DNA of 62,595 nucleotides, filler included, from Nemertoderma westbladi (Eukaryota > Animalia > Xenacoelomorpha), in NCBI GenBank assembly GCA_032718475.1. It is 3 parts of 3 records of this genome, joined end to end, with 100 filler letters (N's around TTAATTAATTAA, not from the genome) between each part and the next. Parts side by side here need not be neighbours in the genome. Positions count along the whole stretch, not along the records: positions 48,665 to 62,595 come from JAUCBJ010001363.1; 2 more parts are not named here. One strand, 5' to 3'. Both the position numbers and the translations under genes were made by a program. Positions 61,550 through 62,595 of this stretch are shown here, in pieces. The notes below the pieces were generated by a model that was not told the DNA's origin, searched no databases, and saw nothing but the letters and a program-made list of their open reading frames with translations. The number at the start of each line of letters is the position of its first letter. Within the stretch, counting starts at the first letter, position 1.

Positions 61550-62595
61550 TTTGTGTGTTTTATATGTTTTTGTTTGTTTTTGTGTGTTTTGTTTGTTTTT
61601 GTTTGTTTTGTTTGTTTTTATTTGTTTTTGTGTGTTTTTGTTTGTTTTTGTGTGTCTTTGTTTGTTTTTGTGTGTTTTTGTTTGTTTTTGTGTGTCTTTG
61701 TTTGTTTTTGTGTGTCTTTGTTTGTTTTTGTGTGTTTTTGTTTGTTTTTGTTTGTTTTGTGTGTTTTTGTGTGAATTGTATGTTTTTGTGTGTTTTTGTG
61801 TGAATTGTATGTTTTTGTGTGAATTGTATGTTTTTGTGTGTTTTTGTTTGTTTTTGTGTGTTTTGTTTCTTTCTACATGTTTTGTTTGTTTGTTTTGTTT
61901 GTTTTTATTTGTTTTTGTGTGTTTTTGTTTGTTTTTGTGTGTCTTTGTTTGTTTTTGTGTGTTTTTGTTTGTTTTGTGTGTTTTTGTGTGAATTGTATGT
62001 TTTTGTGTGTTTTTGTGTGAATTGTTTGTTTTTGTGTGTTTTTGTTTGTTTTTGTGTGTTTTGTTTCTTTCTACATGTTTTGTTTGTTTTTGTTTGTTTT
62101 GTTTGTTTTTATTTGTTTTTGTGTGTTTTTGTTTGTTTTTGTGTGTCTTTGTTTGTTTTTGTGTGTTTTTGTTTGTTTTTGTGTGTCTTTGTTTGTTTTT
62201 GTGTGTCTTTGTTTGTTTTTGTGTGTTTTTGTGTGTTTTTGTTTGTTTTGTGTGTTTTTGTGTGAATTGTATGTTTTTGTGTGTTTTTGTGTGAATTGTA
62301 TGTTTTTGTGTGTTTCTGTTTGTTTTTGTGTGTTTTTGTTTGTTTTTGTGTGTTTTGTTTCTTTATGTGTCTTTTGTTTGTTTTTGTGTGTTTTGTTTGC
62401 TTTTGTTTGTTTGTGTGTGTTTTTGTTTGTTTTTGTTTATTTGTGTTTGTTTTTGTGTTTTTGTTTGCTTTTGTTTGTTTGTGTGTGTTTTTGTTTATTT
62501 GTTTTCGTGTGTTTTTGTTTGTTTTTGTGTGTTTTTGTGTGTTTTCGTTTCTTTTTGTGTGTTTTGTATGTTTTTATTTGTTTTTGTGTGTTTTA
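61550..62595. repeat. T/G-rich simple repeat (TTTTTGTGTG/TTTTTGTTTG)n
   Basis: Degenerate 10-bp periodic array running to the end of the window. Confidence 0.92.

Noticed and set aside
61550-62595. Telomere-like TG-rich end and Phe/Val/Cys-rich ORFs
   Set aside because: The repeat is degenerate and lacks a GG-containing telomeric unit. The ORFs are low-complexity artefacts.

Overview
This is repeat-rich invertebrate (metazoan) genomic DNA, not prokaryotic. It comes in three contigs joined by two 100-nt N-spacers, each containing an artificial TTAATTAATTAA. Four host genes are recognisable: a proline-racemase-family enzyme (9446-10504, -), U2A'/SNRPA1 (14049-14813, +), a two-exon RNA polymerase I subunit RPA49/POLR1E (35303-38268, -), and eIF4G2/DAP5/NAT1 (51706-54414, -) with a probable GUG start. 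Most of the rest is transposable elements: an intact CR1/L2-group LINE ORF2, RTE LINEs, a decayed BEL/Pao element, Harbinger-type MITEs, a THAP+YqaJ (ISL2EU-like) relic, fold-back MITEs, tRNA-derived SINE-like sequences, and at least six tandem arrays. The most notable observations are: (1) the 3' end of a probable LTR retroelement carrying a DEDDy 3'-5' exonuclease plus a triple-CCHC zinc-knuckle ORF; (2) a Pol III A/B-box head fused directly to a minimal type I hammerhead ribozyme; (3) a 51-bp minisatellite made from the last codons and stop codon of eIF4G2, giving about 40 TAG-ATG mini-ORFs; (4) a Cys/Cys racemase-type active site in the animal L3HYPDH-like gene. All family calls come from motif recognition by eye, with no database search.
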